From Candidatus Poseidoniaceae archaeon (GTDB lineage Archaea > Thermoplasmatota > Poseidoniia > Poseidoniales > Poseidoniaceae), in the NCBI GenBank assembly GCA_028821785.1, contig JAPKFC010000002.1:2929-66928 (forward strand): a DNA stretch of 64,000 nucleotides, in the 5' to 3' direction. The notes beneath the pieces were generated by a model, which did no database searches, had not been told where the DNA came from, and saw nothing but the letters and a program-made list of their open reading frames with translations. Positions 49,660 through 59,556 of the stretch are shown here, piece after piece (the first letter of the stretch is position 1; each line of letters begins with the position of its first letter). The translations under genes and the position numbers were made by a program.

Positions 49660-50766
49660 TCAATTTTGAGCAGATTCAAGAAGTTCTGCAACACGGCGCA
49701 TGCGTCGTAATACCTTGTCTAATCGTTCGTTTACACGTCGGGTTACATCTTCGGCAGTTTCCCCGCTAAGACGGTGACCTAAAGGCAAACGTCCACCTAA
49801 CAGGTTAAGCAGTAACATCTGTTGTTTGGAATTTACATCTTTTAATAACGATTCGACATCTCCAACCTTCAATTTCCCTTTCTTTAGTTTTTGAATCAAC
49901 TTTGATTGTTGAGTTTCATTCAGTATGCGATTAAATCCGCCCTTCTTTAGCATCCAATCTTCTCCACGGCGCTGATATTGAGCCACCATCGCTGACCACA
50001 ATGAGATTGAAAGACGATCTGTCCTTGCTACACGCTCTACCATTCCTGATGCTCTAAAGCGCTCTAGGATGCGTCCGATACGAGGCTTGGGTCCATCGAG
50101 TAATTGCGCTGCTTCATCAAGAGATAACGGTGCATTTCGACTTATTAGAATTTCAAATAATTTACAAGACAAGGAATCGGCTTCGGATTCTTTTCCAGGT
50201 CTTTCTCCAAGAAGTCCAAAATCACCAAGCCACTGTGAGAGTAGACTTTCACTGGTTTGTGGAGTAAGTGGCCTATGGTCAACAATTCCAAGGCATAACA
50301 ACGGAGTATCTTCTTCAGGTAATTCAAGTGCTAAGCGGCAATCAGTACGGGTCCAATTTGTTTGAAGAAGAGACATTCTTTGATCAATAATTATTTTGCA
50401 TTGAACCGAGAATAATTCAACAGCGTTCGAAATGCTGCCTCCGCGCAGGTAATATCTTCTCCATCCCTTTCCCTCATTGGTGTAGCTAATTATTCCCGCT
50501 TCCACTAGGCGAGTCAAATGGTGATTCAGTGATGCAGGGGTCAGTGCGAGTTCATCGGCTAGCATCTGTGCATCCCAGCCTATTTCAGGGGATGCGAGAA
50601 TATGGTCGCGAAGTAATCTATGAACTGGATTCGCCATGCCATAATCAGCCATTGCATCGCCTTTTTTTCGTACTAAGCAAAGCGTATCTGTAAACCAAGT
50701 GACCAAACTATCAACATCTCTGTCACTTGTTGGTAACGCGACTTCTTGTAATCGTACACTGAACAT
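49660..50766 (-). CDS. tandem winged-helix (ArsR/TrmB-like) transcription regulator
   Basis: Two related halves, each with an HTH (LADELALTPASLNHHLTRLVEAG; LDEAAQLLDGPKPRIGRILERFRASG). Confidence 0.75.
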   Translation of the reverse strand: MFSVRLQEVALPTSDRDVDSLVTWFTDTLCLVRKKGDAMADYGMANPVHRLLRDHILASPEIGWDAQMLADELALTPASLNHHLTRLVEAGIISYTNEGKGWRRYYLRGGSISNAVELFSVQCKIIIDQRMSLLQTNWTRTDCRLALELPEEDTPLLCLGIVDHRPLTPQTSESLLSQWLGDFGLLGERPGKESEADSLSCKLFEILISRNAPLSLDEAAQLLDGPKPRIGRILERFRASGMVERVARTDRLSISLWSAMVAQYQRRGEDWMLKKGGFNRILNETQQSKLIQKLKKGKLKVGDVESLLKDVNSKQQMLLLNLLGGRLPLGHRLSGETAEDVTRRVNERLDKVLRRMRRVAELLESAQN

Positions 50767-50851
50767 TAATCTCTACCAAAGGGAAGTGGTGGCCAAGAGT
50801 CTTTGAAGACTTTGTATCAATTGCTTGTCAAGAAGCGTTTATTGAATAAAG

Positions 50852-51520
50852 TTAGTCGCGGCGTTGGTCGTCCCAATCATAATCAACAGCCACTGTGCCA
50901 TGCCAAGTCATATCCATATTGATGTGAGGCATTAATTCAACTCTATCTTCGCGCAGGATACCTCTTCTTCTCAGTACCTTGACGGCAGAATGAATAGTTG
51001 CTCTTGAACGGCCGATACGACGCGCTAATTCAGCCTGAGAGCGAGGAATTCCCTCCTTGTCAACATTTTCAAGAATCAATCTTTGTACTAATGACAAACC
51101 GATTGGTAGTGCATTTGCTGCAGCTTGATCGCCTATATTCATGCTTCTCAATTCTTCAATCTGACTCGGTGCACCTGCAAAATAACAAGTTCTCCCATTT
51201 ACTGGCATGACAACCACACTTTTACGCGTTTGTAATACATCAAGGTGATGGCGCAGAGTTCCATTTGCAGCATTCAATACAGTTTGTAATTCACGATAAC
51301 ATAAACCAGGGTTTGTTTCTAATGCAGCGAGAATTCTTTGACGTTGTGGATGATCATGCTGGTGTTTCGATTTACTTGAAACTCCACCGAGAGTAATAGC
51401 TCCAATAGCCCCTGCAGCAGCGACCATACCACCTGCTATACCAGCCAAACCTCCAGTTGCACCGAGTAGCCCAGCAGCCAACCAAGGACGCTGACGAACC
51501 CACTGCGATAGGAGAGGCAT
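50852..51520 (-). CDS. double winged-HTH regulator with N-terminal Gly/Ala-rich hydrophobic segment
   Basis: NPGLCYRELQTVLNAANGTLRHHL and SQAELARRIGRSRATIHSAVKVL. Confidence 0.75.
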   Translation of the reverse strand: MPLLSQWVRQRPWLAAGLLGATGGLAGIAGGMVAAAGAIGAITLGGVSSKSKHQHDHPQRQRILAALETNPGLCYRELQTVLNAANGTLRHHLDVLQTRKSVVVMPVNGRTCYFAGAPSQIEELRSMNIGDQAAANALPIGLSLVQRLILENVDKEGIPRSQAELARRIGRSRATIHSAVKVLRRRGILREDRVELMPHINMDMTWHGTVAVDYDWDDQRRD

Positions 51521-51577
51521 ACATCCGGGTTGGACTCTTCCCTTCTTAATCCATTGGAGTGTTGTTCAAACAACAAT

Positions 51578-52036
51578 TCAGTTTTCACTGCGAACAGAAT
51601 TCTTTTGAATTTTCAAGTGAGCTACTAATGGTGAAAGCAATCTTCCACAGGTACGTCCATGTTCTGATAGAATGTATGAGACACGGATTGGTGGGCCTTC
51701 ATCAACTTCGCGAATAACCAATCCTTCTTCGACTAGGAAACGCAATTTGTCACTTAATGTTCTAGAAGATATGCCGGATAGCATTCCTTTCATTTCATTG
51801 AATCTACGAGGTCCTGCAATGTATAGTGTTGAAAGTATTTCGATTGTCCAACGAGAACCAAATACGTGTAATGCTTCAACTGCTGCTTGAACTTCCCAAG
51901 TTGTATCCCAAGGTCCTTTGTTGGAATGATTTGCAAGAATATCTCTAATGTTACTACCGCTTTTTATTGTTTTATCAATATGATTTTGAATAGCCTCAAA
52001 GGAGTCCTTTGGTATAGTGAGTGCAGGTTCTGGCAT
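51578..52036 (-). CDS. HxlR-family transcriptional regulator
   Basis: SRWTIEIL, PRRFNEM, GISSRTLSDKLRFL, PPIRVSYILSEHG. Confidence 0.9.
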   Translation of the reverse strand: MPEPALTIPKDSFEAIQNHIDKTIKSGSNIRDILANHSNKGPWDTTWEVQAAVEALHVFGSRWTIEILSTLYIAGPRRFNEMKGMLSGISSRTLSDKLRFLVEEGLVIREVDEGPPIRVSYILSEHGRTCGRLLSPLVAHLKIQKNSVRSEN

Positions 52037-52206
52037 AGTTGTCCCCAAACATCCGGTTAGCCATTACTACTTAATTTCTTTTCTACACCGAGTATGAGAG
52101 TAGTTACTGATTGTTGTTGGCGTGATTGATAATTTGAATTACAAATTAAACAAAAGCGAACAAATCCGACTTATCCTTCAAAGAGGGGATGGTGCTACGG
52201 GTTGTT

Positions 52207-53370
52207 ATGGTCAAGTCGGTTATACTCGCTCGTGGAGGTGTGCTTGGCCGTAACACAGGCTTAGGTGGAGCACATCACAATTTGTTAGTCGCTCTCAAAA
52301 ATGGTGACATCCGAGGTTACCAACTGGGTGCTACATGCGAGTATGATTTAGCATTAAAAACAAATCCAGTCAAGCGTTTATTGATGCGCTGGTGGTCACA
52401 TCCAAGGGTTGTAAAAAGATTCGTAAAATCTTCCACAACTTCTGGCAATTGTGATATTTTACATATTACTGATCAAGAACAGGCTCATTTAGTTCCAAAA
52501 AACTGTAAAGTCCCAGTAGTGGTAACAGTTCATGATCTGTTTCATTTATTCCCTAAACAAGTTAAAATCGGTCAAGAGACAATACAAGTGGGCGAGGCAA
52601 AGCCACCAAGCTATCGCTCAAGAGATTTGAACAAACTAAAAAGTGGATTGATGAGAGCAGATCTCTTAGTTTGTGATTCAAGAGCGACTTTATCTGATTG
52701 CAAAAAATATTTTCCAAATGTCAAAAGTATCTGTATCCCGCTTGGACTTGACATCGATTCCTTTGCAAATTTTGCTCAAACAGATTCACAAGTCATAGGT
52801 CCAGCGCAAAATTTGCCCGAAGGTTGTAATCTCCTAATCGTTGGTAGTCATGACCCGAGAAAGAGATTAAAATTCATTTGCGAGGTATTGGGTGGGTTGG
52901 ACGATTCAATAAAAAATGAAATTCACATTCACCATGTCGGTAATGCTGAATGCCCATATGGTGGCCCATCTACACAGCAACTAGCAAAACAAAACAATGT
53001 TCAAAATTGGTATGGTGTTGGAACTAATCTCAGTCATCAAGAACTGATGTGGATGCGAATCAAATCAGATGCACTATTATTTCCTTCAGGTAGTGAGGGA
53101 TTTGGCTATCCTCCTCTAGAATCAATGGCCTGTGGAACAAAAGTTCTTTGTTCAAATCTTGCTAGCCATAATGAACTGATGCCCGATAATTCTTGTATTG
53201 AGGCAGATGATATCGCTGCATGGAGAAAGGCTATTGTTGAAATTCATTCACAATGGAAGCAATCCGACGGACCGATTGCAGCAGATCAAGAATTGATTAA
53301 ACATTCACGTAATTTCAGCATGAGTACCTTCAATGAAAGAATGGCTGAAGCCTATTCGATGATGGAATGA
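52207..53370 (+). CDS. glycosyltransferase family 4 (GT-B)
   Basis: VTVHDL, PRKR, FPSGSEGFGYPPLESMACG. Confidence 0.9.
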   Translation: MVKSVILARGGVLGRNTGLGGAHHNLLVALKNGDIRGYQLGATCEYDLALKTNPVKRLLMRWWSHPRVVKRFVKSSTTSGNCDILHITDQEQAHLVPKNCKVPVVVTVHDLFHLFPKQVKIGQETIQVGEAKPPSYRSRDLNKLKSGLMRADLLVCDSRATLSDCKKYFPNVKSICIPLGLDIDSFANFAQTDSQVIGPAQNLPEGCNLLIVGSHDPRKRLKFICEVLGGLDDSIKNEIHIHHVGNAECPYGGPSTQQLAKQNNVQNWYGVGTNLSHQELMWMRIKSDALLFPSGSEGFGYPPLESMACGTKVLCSNLASHNELMPDNSCIEADDIAAWRKAIVEIHSQWKQSDGPIAADQELIKHSRNFSMSTFNERMAEAYSMME

Positions 53371-53433
53371 CAACAACTGGCTTGGAATAATTAGAGCGAT
53401 TTGTTCTTGAACAGGTGGTTAGTGGGCGGTAAT

Positions 53434-55503
53434 ATGCAACCTATTCAGAGTGTGGCAATTGTCGGTGCAGGAAACATGGGGTCTGGGATTGCGCAAAAAA
53501 CAGCGCAAGAAGAATTCGATGTTCAAATGGTAGACAGAGAGCAACAATGGGTTGACAGAGGACAAGACATTATCGCAACTTTTCTTGATGAGGCCGTAGA
53601 ACGCCGAATCTTTAGAGAAGCACAGGTTGAAGCGATAAAAGGTAGAATCACTGGTGTTGTCGGTGTTGAAAATACCGCAACTGATACCGATTTGGTAATA
53701 GAAGCAGTGTTCGAAGATTTTGATGTTAAAACTGCGGTTTTTGAAACATTGAATTCTGCCTGTGGCGACAATACAATATTCGCATCCAATACTTCTTCAT
53801 TATCGGTAAATGAGTTGGCAAAATCATCTGGAAGAGCGGATAAATTCGTAGGACTCCACTTCTTTTTCCATCCTGCAAAAAATCGTCTAATAGAAGTAAT
53901 TCCTGCAAAATCATCATCTGCTCAAACCATTGAAAAAGTTGTTCAATATTGTAAGATGTTAGGCAAGGTTGTCATCGTCTGTGCAGACCGTCCCGGCTTC
54001 GTCGTCAACCGTTTCTTTGTACCATGGCTAAATGAGGCTTGTTTGCTATTAGAGGAAGGGATTGCGTCTTCAGCCCAAATCGATGCGATTTCCCGTAAAG
54101 CATTCTCGATTGGATTAGGTCCATTTGGATTAATGAATTTAACAGGTCCACCGATCGCATTACATTCAACAGATTATTTGTCTCAACAATTGAAAACTCC
54201 TCGTTATCATGGTGCTCAAAATCTAAGAGATTTGGTAGCAGAAAATAAAATGTGGGAGATTTCTCAAGATGAACAATACGATGAGTCTCAATACAAAATA
54301 ATTTCAGAGCGATTGCTCGGAGTTGTTTTCGGAGTGGCTGCGCAAATAGTTGACGAGGAAATCTGCACCATGGAAGACGTTGACCGCGGTGCAAAAGTAG
54401 GGCTTCGTTGGGCTCGTGGCCCATTTGAATTAATGAATAAGGTCGGTCTAGAAAATGCTCACAGAATGGCCAACCAGTATGCAGAATTGGCTAACGGTGG
54501 TTGGGAAGTACCAGAAAACCTTAGCAACCAAGGAAATGCAGATTGGCATTTCAAGGTTGTAGATACTTCAATCGACAATGGTATTGCTACGATTACGATT
54601 AATCGCCCTGAAGCAATGAATGCTCTTAATGAGACGGTAATGGCTCAATTGGGCAGTGCATTGGATGATGTAAATTCAGATGCATCTGTGTCAACCATAG
54701 TGCTAGATGGCGCTGGTAAGGCCTTTGTTGCAGGAGCAGATGTCAAGTTCTTCGTTGACAAAATCCGTGCTGATTCAATCAGTGATATTTACGACTTCAC
54801 AGCATTCGGGCATCAAGTTCTAGACAAATTGGAATCTTCTTCAAAGACGACGATTGCATTGACTACAGGGTTAGCTCTTGGCGGTGGCTTAGAACTTGCA
54901 CTCGCTTGTGATTATCGAGTTGGTACTCGCAGAACACAGTTTAGATTCCCTGAGACTTCAATCGGAATCTATCCTGGCTTAGGTGGTTCTCAAAGGCCAG
55001 CAAGAATTTGTGGTATTCCTATTGCTAGGTGGGCTGTTTTGGCAGGAAATTTCATGGATGCAAAAACAGCTAGTGATTTGGGAATGATCACCCATTTGGT
55101 TGATGTTGCAGCAGTGGACGATACTGTATTACAGATTTCAAATCAAGGAAAACCAGCCAATAAGTATCCTGGAAAAGCAGCAAATCTTCAATCACCAGTT
55201 GTTCAATTCGCTAATAATTTCTTTGCAGATGCCAATATGTCGGACATAATGAAAGGAGTCTGCCCTCAAGGTTTTGATGTTGAAGACAAATTGGTTGCTC
55301 GTCAAATGAAGAGTTTGAAATTCACAGCTCCAATCGCTTTAGCAAAAGCCAGCGAATTGATAGATGCGACTTCTTCAACTGATCTTTCAGCAGGGCTTGC
55401 TCTAGAATTAGCAGGGCTCAACGACATATTTTCAACTGCGGATTCATTAGAAGGTTTGAGTGCTCTTATAGAAGGAAGAAGACCTACTTATTCAAACCAA
55501 TAA
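53434..55503 (+). CDS. bifunctional 3-hydroxyacyl-CoA dehydrogenase / enoyl-CoA hydratase
   Basis: GAGNMGSGIA, IEAVFE, SNTSSL, LHFF, PGFVVNR; C-terminal crotonase NRPEAMNAL, AGADV, GGGLELALACD, FPE. Confidence 0.95.
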   Translation: MQPIQSVAIVGAGNMGSGIAQKTAQEEFDVQMVDREQQWVDRGQDIIATFLDEAVERRIFREAQVEAIKGRITGVVGVENTATDTDLVIEAVFEDFDVKTAVFETLNSACGDNTIFASNTSSLSVNELAKSSGRADKFVGLHFFFHPAKNRLIEVIPAKSSSAQTIEKVVQYCKMLGKVVIVCADRPGFVVNRFFVPWLNEACLLLEEGIASSAQIDAISRKAFSIGLGPFGLMNLTGPPIALHSTDYLSQQLKTPRYHGAQNLRDLVAENKMWEISQDEQYDESQYKIISERLLGVVFGVAAQIVDEEICTMEDVDRGAKVGLRWARGPFELMNKVGLENAHRMANQYAELANGGWEVPENLSNQGNADWHFKVVDTSIDNGIATITINRPEAMNALNETVMAQLGSALDDVNSDASVSTIVLDGAGKAFVAGADVKFFVDKIRADSISDIYDFTAFGHQVLDKLESSSKTTIALTTGLALGGGLELALACDYRVGTRRTQFRFPETSIGIYPGLGGSQRPARICGIPIARWAVLAGNFMDAKTASDLGMITHLVDVAAVDDTVLQISNQGKPANKYPGKAANLQSPVVQFANNFFADANMSDIMKGVCPQGFDVEDKLVARQMKSLKFTAPIALAKASELIDATSSTDLSAGLALELAGLNDIFSTADSLEGLSALIEGRRPTYSNQ

Positions 55504-55521
55504 TCCATTGATTAAGTAAAC

Positions 55522-55758
55522 TCAAACCCACTTGCCTTGAACTGCAAGCATTCCAGTGATAAGAGCATGAACATCAATTTCTTCACCACTTTCACTGGCA
55601 AATCTGAGTCTATTTTTGATCGCATCAATCAGTTGCTCGTCAACTTCTTCATCACTAATGAAGCGAATGAATTCTTCAATAGTCTTGCCTCTGCCTAATG
55701 CAATTGCTAAACGTGCTTTTTGCTCTTCGTCTTCATCTTTAGGGTTTCTAACACTCAT
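55522..55758 (-). CDS. small helical hypothetical protein, third gene of the E1-JAB operon
   Basis: 78 aa; ATGA overlap with the JAB gene and an upstream GAAGTGA SD-like sequence. Confidence 0.7.
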   Translation of the reverse strand: MSVRNPKDEDEEQKARLAIALGRGKTIEEFIRFISDEEVDEQLIDAIKNRLRFASESGEEIDVHALITGMLAVQGKWV

Positions 55759-56306
55759 ACAATCACTTCACTGTTCTCTATTATTTGTTGATACCATTCA
55801 TCCCATGGAGTGACTGGTTCATCACTCCAACTTGACAAAGGTCCACTTGCATTAATTGTACTAGAGGCGTCATAATCTTTATTGAAAGCGAGATTGATTG
55901 CGACCTTTGGACCTGGTGCGCCAAGTACGATTGCTTGACGAAGGATTCCACTTCCAATCGCTAAACTATTGGTGTCGGTAGCACTCCAGTATGCAGCAAA
56001 CCCTGGGTGAGTATGAACCCATGTTTTGAAGGGCATTCTAGCACCAACTGGAGGTTTTAATGGTACTCTGCCAGAAGTTCCCCAGTCAATGAATACCTCA
56101 TCATCTGCATCGATAAGAACTGATGTCTCAAGACCTGCTAACAATGATATTGCATAAACAGCATCCCATCTTCCAGCCAAAGCACTATCGCTTTGGAAAT
56201 CGAGCAAAAGGGGTGAATTAACTTGCTTATTTTCAGCAAGATCACAGATATGTTCCCATGTTTCCCTATTTTCACACAATTGTTCAATTCCTGGAATATA
56301 AATCAT
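55755..56306 (-). CDS. JAB/JAMM (MPN+) metalloprotease-like protein
   Basis: Upstream Glu (LETSV) plus HTHP-x5-WSATD, i.e. E...HxH...S..D. Confidence 0.75.
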   Translation of the reverse strand: MIYIPGIEQLCENRETWEHICDLAENKQVNSPLLLDFQSDSALAGRWDAVYAISLLAGLETSVLIDADDEVFIDWGTSGRVPLKPPVGARMPFKTWVHTHPGFAAYWSATDTNSLAIGSGILRQAIVLGAPGPKVAINLAFNKDYDASSTINASGPLSSWSDEPVTPWDEWYQQIIENSEVIV

Positions 56307-56941
56307 TCATTCACCTCCGGAAAGTGCATTTGACCATAGGTTATGCTGGCCATACTCTGTACTGGTGTAGGTTTGCCACGTAATTGCTGTAGAGCCCACT
56401 GTGCACCGAAAGCAGCAGCGTTGAGGAAGCCGAATTCTAGATTCCCAGATTCAAGAGCACCCTCATGTTGGCATGATTTAGCAGGATGATCTGGAGTCAT
56501 AGCTTCAACCAATGCATTTTGACTATCGCTTGTCATTACTAGGTGACCATCTCCACCACAGCGTAAATCAGCCCAAGGAACTTGTAACTGGTGAATTAGA
56601 CGTCTTGGTTCAGGTCTATCGACGCAAACTATGACTAAATCAGCATCCTTTAGTTGCTCTGAGTAGCGCAAGTCCTCTGCGATTGCTCTAACGGTTACAC
56701 TTGATTCGCCGTTAGTAATATGGCGTTGAGCTAAAGCGTCAACCTTTGCTTCACCAATATCGTTACTGGTAAATCGTTGATGTCCTAAATTGGTTGCTTC
56801 AACCAAGTCTCCATCCATGATTATTATTTGACAATTAATTCCTATTCTTCTCAGTGCAGGGGTCAAGACATCAACAAGTGTAGAACCTATTCCTCCAGCA
56901 CCGATAATCAGTAGTGTTTTGCTATCCGCAATTTCCTTCAT
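56303..56941 (-). CDS. ThiF/MoeB/E1-like adenylyltransferase
   Basis: IIGAGGIGS, MDGDLVEATNLGHQ, K in EAKVDAL, VCVD..R, SC candidate catalytic Cys; no CxxC zinc motifs. Confidence 0.9.
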   Translation of the reverse strand: MKEIADSKTLLIIGAGGIGSTLVDVLTPALRRIGINCQIIIMDGDLVEATNLGHQRFTSNDIGEAKVDALAQRHITNGESSVTVRAIAEDLRYSEQLKDADLVIVCVDRPEPRRLIHQLQVPWADLRCGGDGHLVMTSDSQNALVEAMTPDHPAKSCQHEGALESGNLEFGFLNAAAFGAQWALQQLRGKPTPVQSMASITYGQMHFPEVNE

Positions 56942-56964
56942 ACAATAATAATTGATTGAGGACA

Positions 56965-56970
56965 TATAAA
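56965..56970 (-). promoter_or_regulatory. TATA box of the E1-JAB operon
   Basis: TTTATA on the minus strand 24-29 nt upstream of ATG 56941 (leaderless geometry). Confidence 0.5.
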
Positions 56971-56997
56971 GAATTGAACAAGATAGCAATGTCTCGG

Positions 56998-58356
56998 TTA
57001 CTGAGCACTCTTGATACATTCTAGGAGCAAGTTTTCAAGCGCACTCATTTGAACATCGATTGTAAAATTTTCTTCAACATATTTGCGTCCACTTTCAGCC
57101 CATAATTTGCGAGTATCTTCATCTTGGGATAAGCGATAAGCCTCCTCCCACAATTCATAATCTTCTCGTGAAATTAACATTCCACAATCAGCATTCTTCA
57201 TCGTGTAATGGAATCCACCTTCATCGACCATCAATGCTGGAACTCCAATTGCCATCGCCTCTAATGGAGTCAATCCGAACGGTTCGCCATGTGCGTGGCT
57301 AACCATGGCCACAGAGCCTCTAATCACGGCTCTAAGCGCTGACTGACTTAGTCTTGGCATACAATAAACATCAACGCCCAAGGAACTTCCATGAGCCAGT
57401 ATTTTTTCTTTATCACCCTTTTCTCCACCACCGATTTGAAGCAATGAAAGTCCAGTTCCTTGCAAGGATTGAACCGTCTCCCATGCACCCTTTACAAAGG
57501 ATAATTTACCAATAGTTACAACATATTGATCCGGTAATTTCTTTGCTTTAGATAGATTCTTTTCCGCCCTAATAAGCGCTTGTTGAATTTCATCAGCAGC
57601 ATCATTCTCTTCAGAGTCTGCAAGTTGTGGCCATAAATCCCAATCCAAAACATGCATTAAATGCGTGGCTTCAAGCAATTGACCTTTGCTATTGCGGCGT
57701 GGAGCAGAACCATTACTCTTATTTTCATCACAAGCTAAATCGTAAATCTCTCTCAATTGCTTTTGAATCCACATTGAATTTCCAGAAATAGCCGAACCCT
57801 TCATCGCAGTTAAGCGGCGAACTAGTTTTTGGTCAACTCTACGTTGATTCGCAAAAATCATATTGGTTAGCCACAACGGTCTTTTTAATTTACCATCCAA
57901 GTGTCGATGAAGAACATCTTCATACAACCAGCGCGGTGGTTCAAGACAATGATAGTGCAATCCTTTACCAGTGAGAGTTTTATCCGAAACAGAATTTAGG
58001 ATTTCTAATGTTCCGCGGCAAACTGAAAAGTGTATGGCATCATATTGTGACCAATCAATTTTCATATTTTTCCATTGTTTAGTGGCTGCAGAGCTTTGTC
58101 CTGCAGTAATTTCAGTGATTGCACCTTGAGGCCAGGAGAAAGGCTTCTTTGGTTGTATGATTTCAATATCACAATCACCTAACAATTCCTTTGCTTGTTG
58201 TGGAAATTGAAGGGTTGCGAGACTGACTTGCCATCTATTGGAGGCATGACGAAGTAATTGCAATAATTCTCGTTCAGCCCCGCCCAGAGTATTGAAAGAA
58301 CCTCTTACAATCAAAACGCGCAAAGGAGAATCAGCAACATCAGTCTCCTCAGCCAT
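56998..58356 (-). CDS. glycosyltransferase family 4 (GT-B)
   Basis: GGAER N-terminal motif, EPFGLTPLEAMAIG. Confidence 0.9.
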   Translation of the reverse strand: MAEETDVADSPLRVLIVRGSFNTLGGAERELLQLLRHASNRWQVSLATLQFPQQAKELLGDCDIEIIQPKKPFSWPQGAITEITAGQSSAATKQWKNMKIDWSQYDAIHFSVCRGTLEILNSVSDKTLTGKGLHYHCLEPPRWLYEDVLHRHLDGKLKRPLWLTNMIFANQRRVDQKLVRRLTAMKGSAISGNSMWIQKQLREIYDLACDENKSNGSAPRRNSKGQLLEATHLMHVLDWDLWPQLADSEENDAADEIQQALIRAEKNLSKAKKLPDQYVVTIGKLSFVKGAWETVQSLQGTGLSLLQIGGGEKGDKEKILAHGSSLGVDVYCMPRLSQSALRAVIRGSVAMVSHAHGEPFGLTPLEAMAIGVPALMVDEGGFHYTMKNADCGMLISREDYELWEEAYRLSQDEDTRKLWAESGRKYVEENFTIDVQMSALENLLLECIKSAQ

Positions 58357-58471
58357 ACTGTGCTGTCATGACTTACAACCTTAATTTGAACCCATAAAAG
58401 GGTAAATTTATGCCATATCTTCAATAACTTTTACGCGGCGATTTGAAAAGAGATAAGCCACAGGGCAAAAC

Positions 58472-59536
58472 ATGACCGGCAAGACAGCGATGATTACTGG
58501 TGTAACTGGGCAAGATGGTTCTTACCTAGCAGAGTTGCTATTGGAAAAGGGATACAATGTCTATGGATTCGTCCGCAGAGTTTCCCAACCAACTGTAGGA
58601 CGCAACCTCATCAACCATCTGATGAGCAATGAAAAATTTCACTTAATCAATGGAGATTTGACTGATCAAAGTTCTATTGACAATGCGGTAACCGCTTGTC
58701 AACCGGACGAGTTCTACAATCTTGGTGCTATGTCATTCGTTCCTGAATCATGGCGCTCACCGATGATGACCGCTGATATTACCGGTCTTGGCGCTCTACG
58801 ATGTTTGGAAGCGATTCGTAAGAACGCACCAGATTGCCGATATTACCAAGCTGGTTCAAGTGAACAATTCGGTAAAGTGCATGAAGTTCCTCAAACTGAA
58901 GAAACCCCATTCCACCCACGTTCACCATATGGTTGTGCTAAGGTATTTGCCTTTGAAATCACTCGAAACTACCGTGAATCATACGATATGTTTGCTTGTA
59001 CTGGAATTCTCTTCAACCACGAAAGCCCACGCCGTGGACTAGAATTCGTAACCCGTAAGGTGACAATGACCGCAGCCCGTATCGCCCATGGATTTGATGA
59101 AAATCTATGGATTGGTAATGTTGAAGCAAAGCGCGATTGGGGATTTGCTGGAGATTATGTCGAGATGCAATGGAGAATGTTACAACAAGATGTGCCATTT
59201 GATTACGTTGTTGCAACCGGAAGAACTCACAGTGTCAAGGATATGATCAACCTTGCATTCTCTCACGTTGGAATGATTTTGACTTGGTCAGGAGAAGGCG
59301 TTGATGTCATCGCTACAGACCAAAACAATGTAGTTCGTGTTAGAACTAATCCGAAGTTCTTCCGCCCTGCTGAAGTTGATTTACTGATTGGTGACCCTGA
59401 ACTATCGCGCAAGGAATTGGGTTGGGTTCCTAAGACCTCATTTGAGGAATTGGTCGCTATGATGGTCGATTCTGATATGACAATTGTAGAAGAAGCGGTC
59501 AAGGGTGGTTATGCACCACCGATCCCACCAGAGTGA
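58472..59536 (+). CDS. gmd: GDP-mannose 4,6-dehydratase
   Basis: ITGVTGQDGSYLAE, PRSPYGCAK, GILFNHESPRRG, RDWGFAGDYV, RPAEVDLLIGD. Confidence 0.96.
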   Translation: MTGKTAMITGVTGQDGSYLAELLLEKGYNVYGFVRRVSQPTVGRNLINHLMSNEKFHLINGDLTDQSSIDNAVTACQPDEFYNLGAMSFVPESWRSPMMTADITGLGALRCLEAIRKNAPDCRYYQAGSSEQFGKVHEVPQTEETPFHPRSPYGCAKVFAFEITRNYRESYDMFACTGILFNHESPRRGLEFVTRKVTMTAARIAHGFDENLWIGNVEAKRDWGFAGDYVEMQWRMLQQDVPFDYVVATGRTHSVKDMINLAFSHVGMILTWSGEGVDVIATDQNNVVRVRTNPKFFRPAEVDLLIGDPELSRKELGWVPKTSFEELVAMMVDSDMTIVEEAVKGGYAPPIPPE

Positions 59537-59556
59537 GATTATCGGAGTGAGTTATA

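Noticed and set aside
53434-55503. Reversed domain order (dehydrogenase before hydratase) relative to bacterial FadB
   Set aside because: This order is the usual archaeal arrangement, not novel
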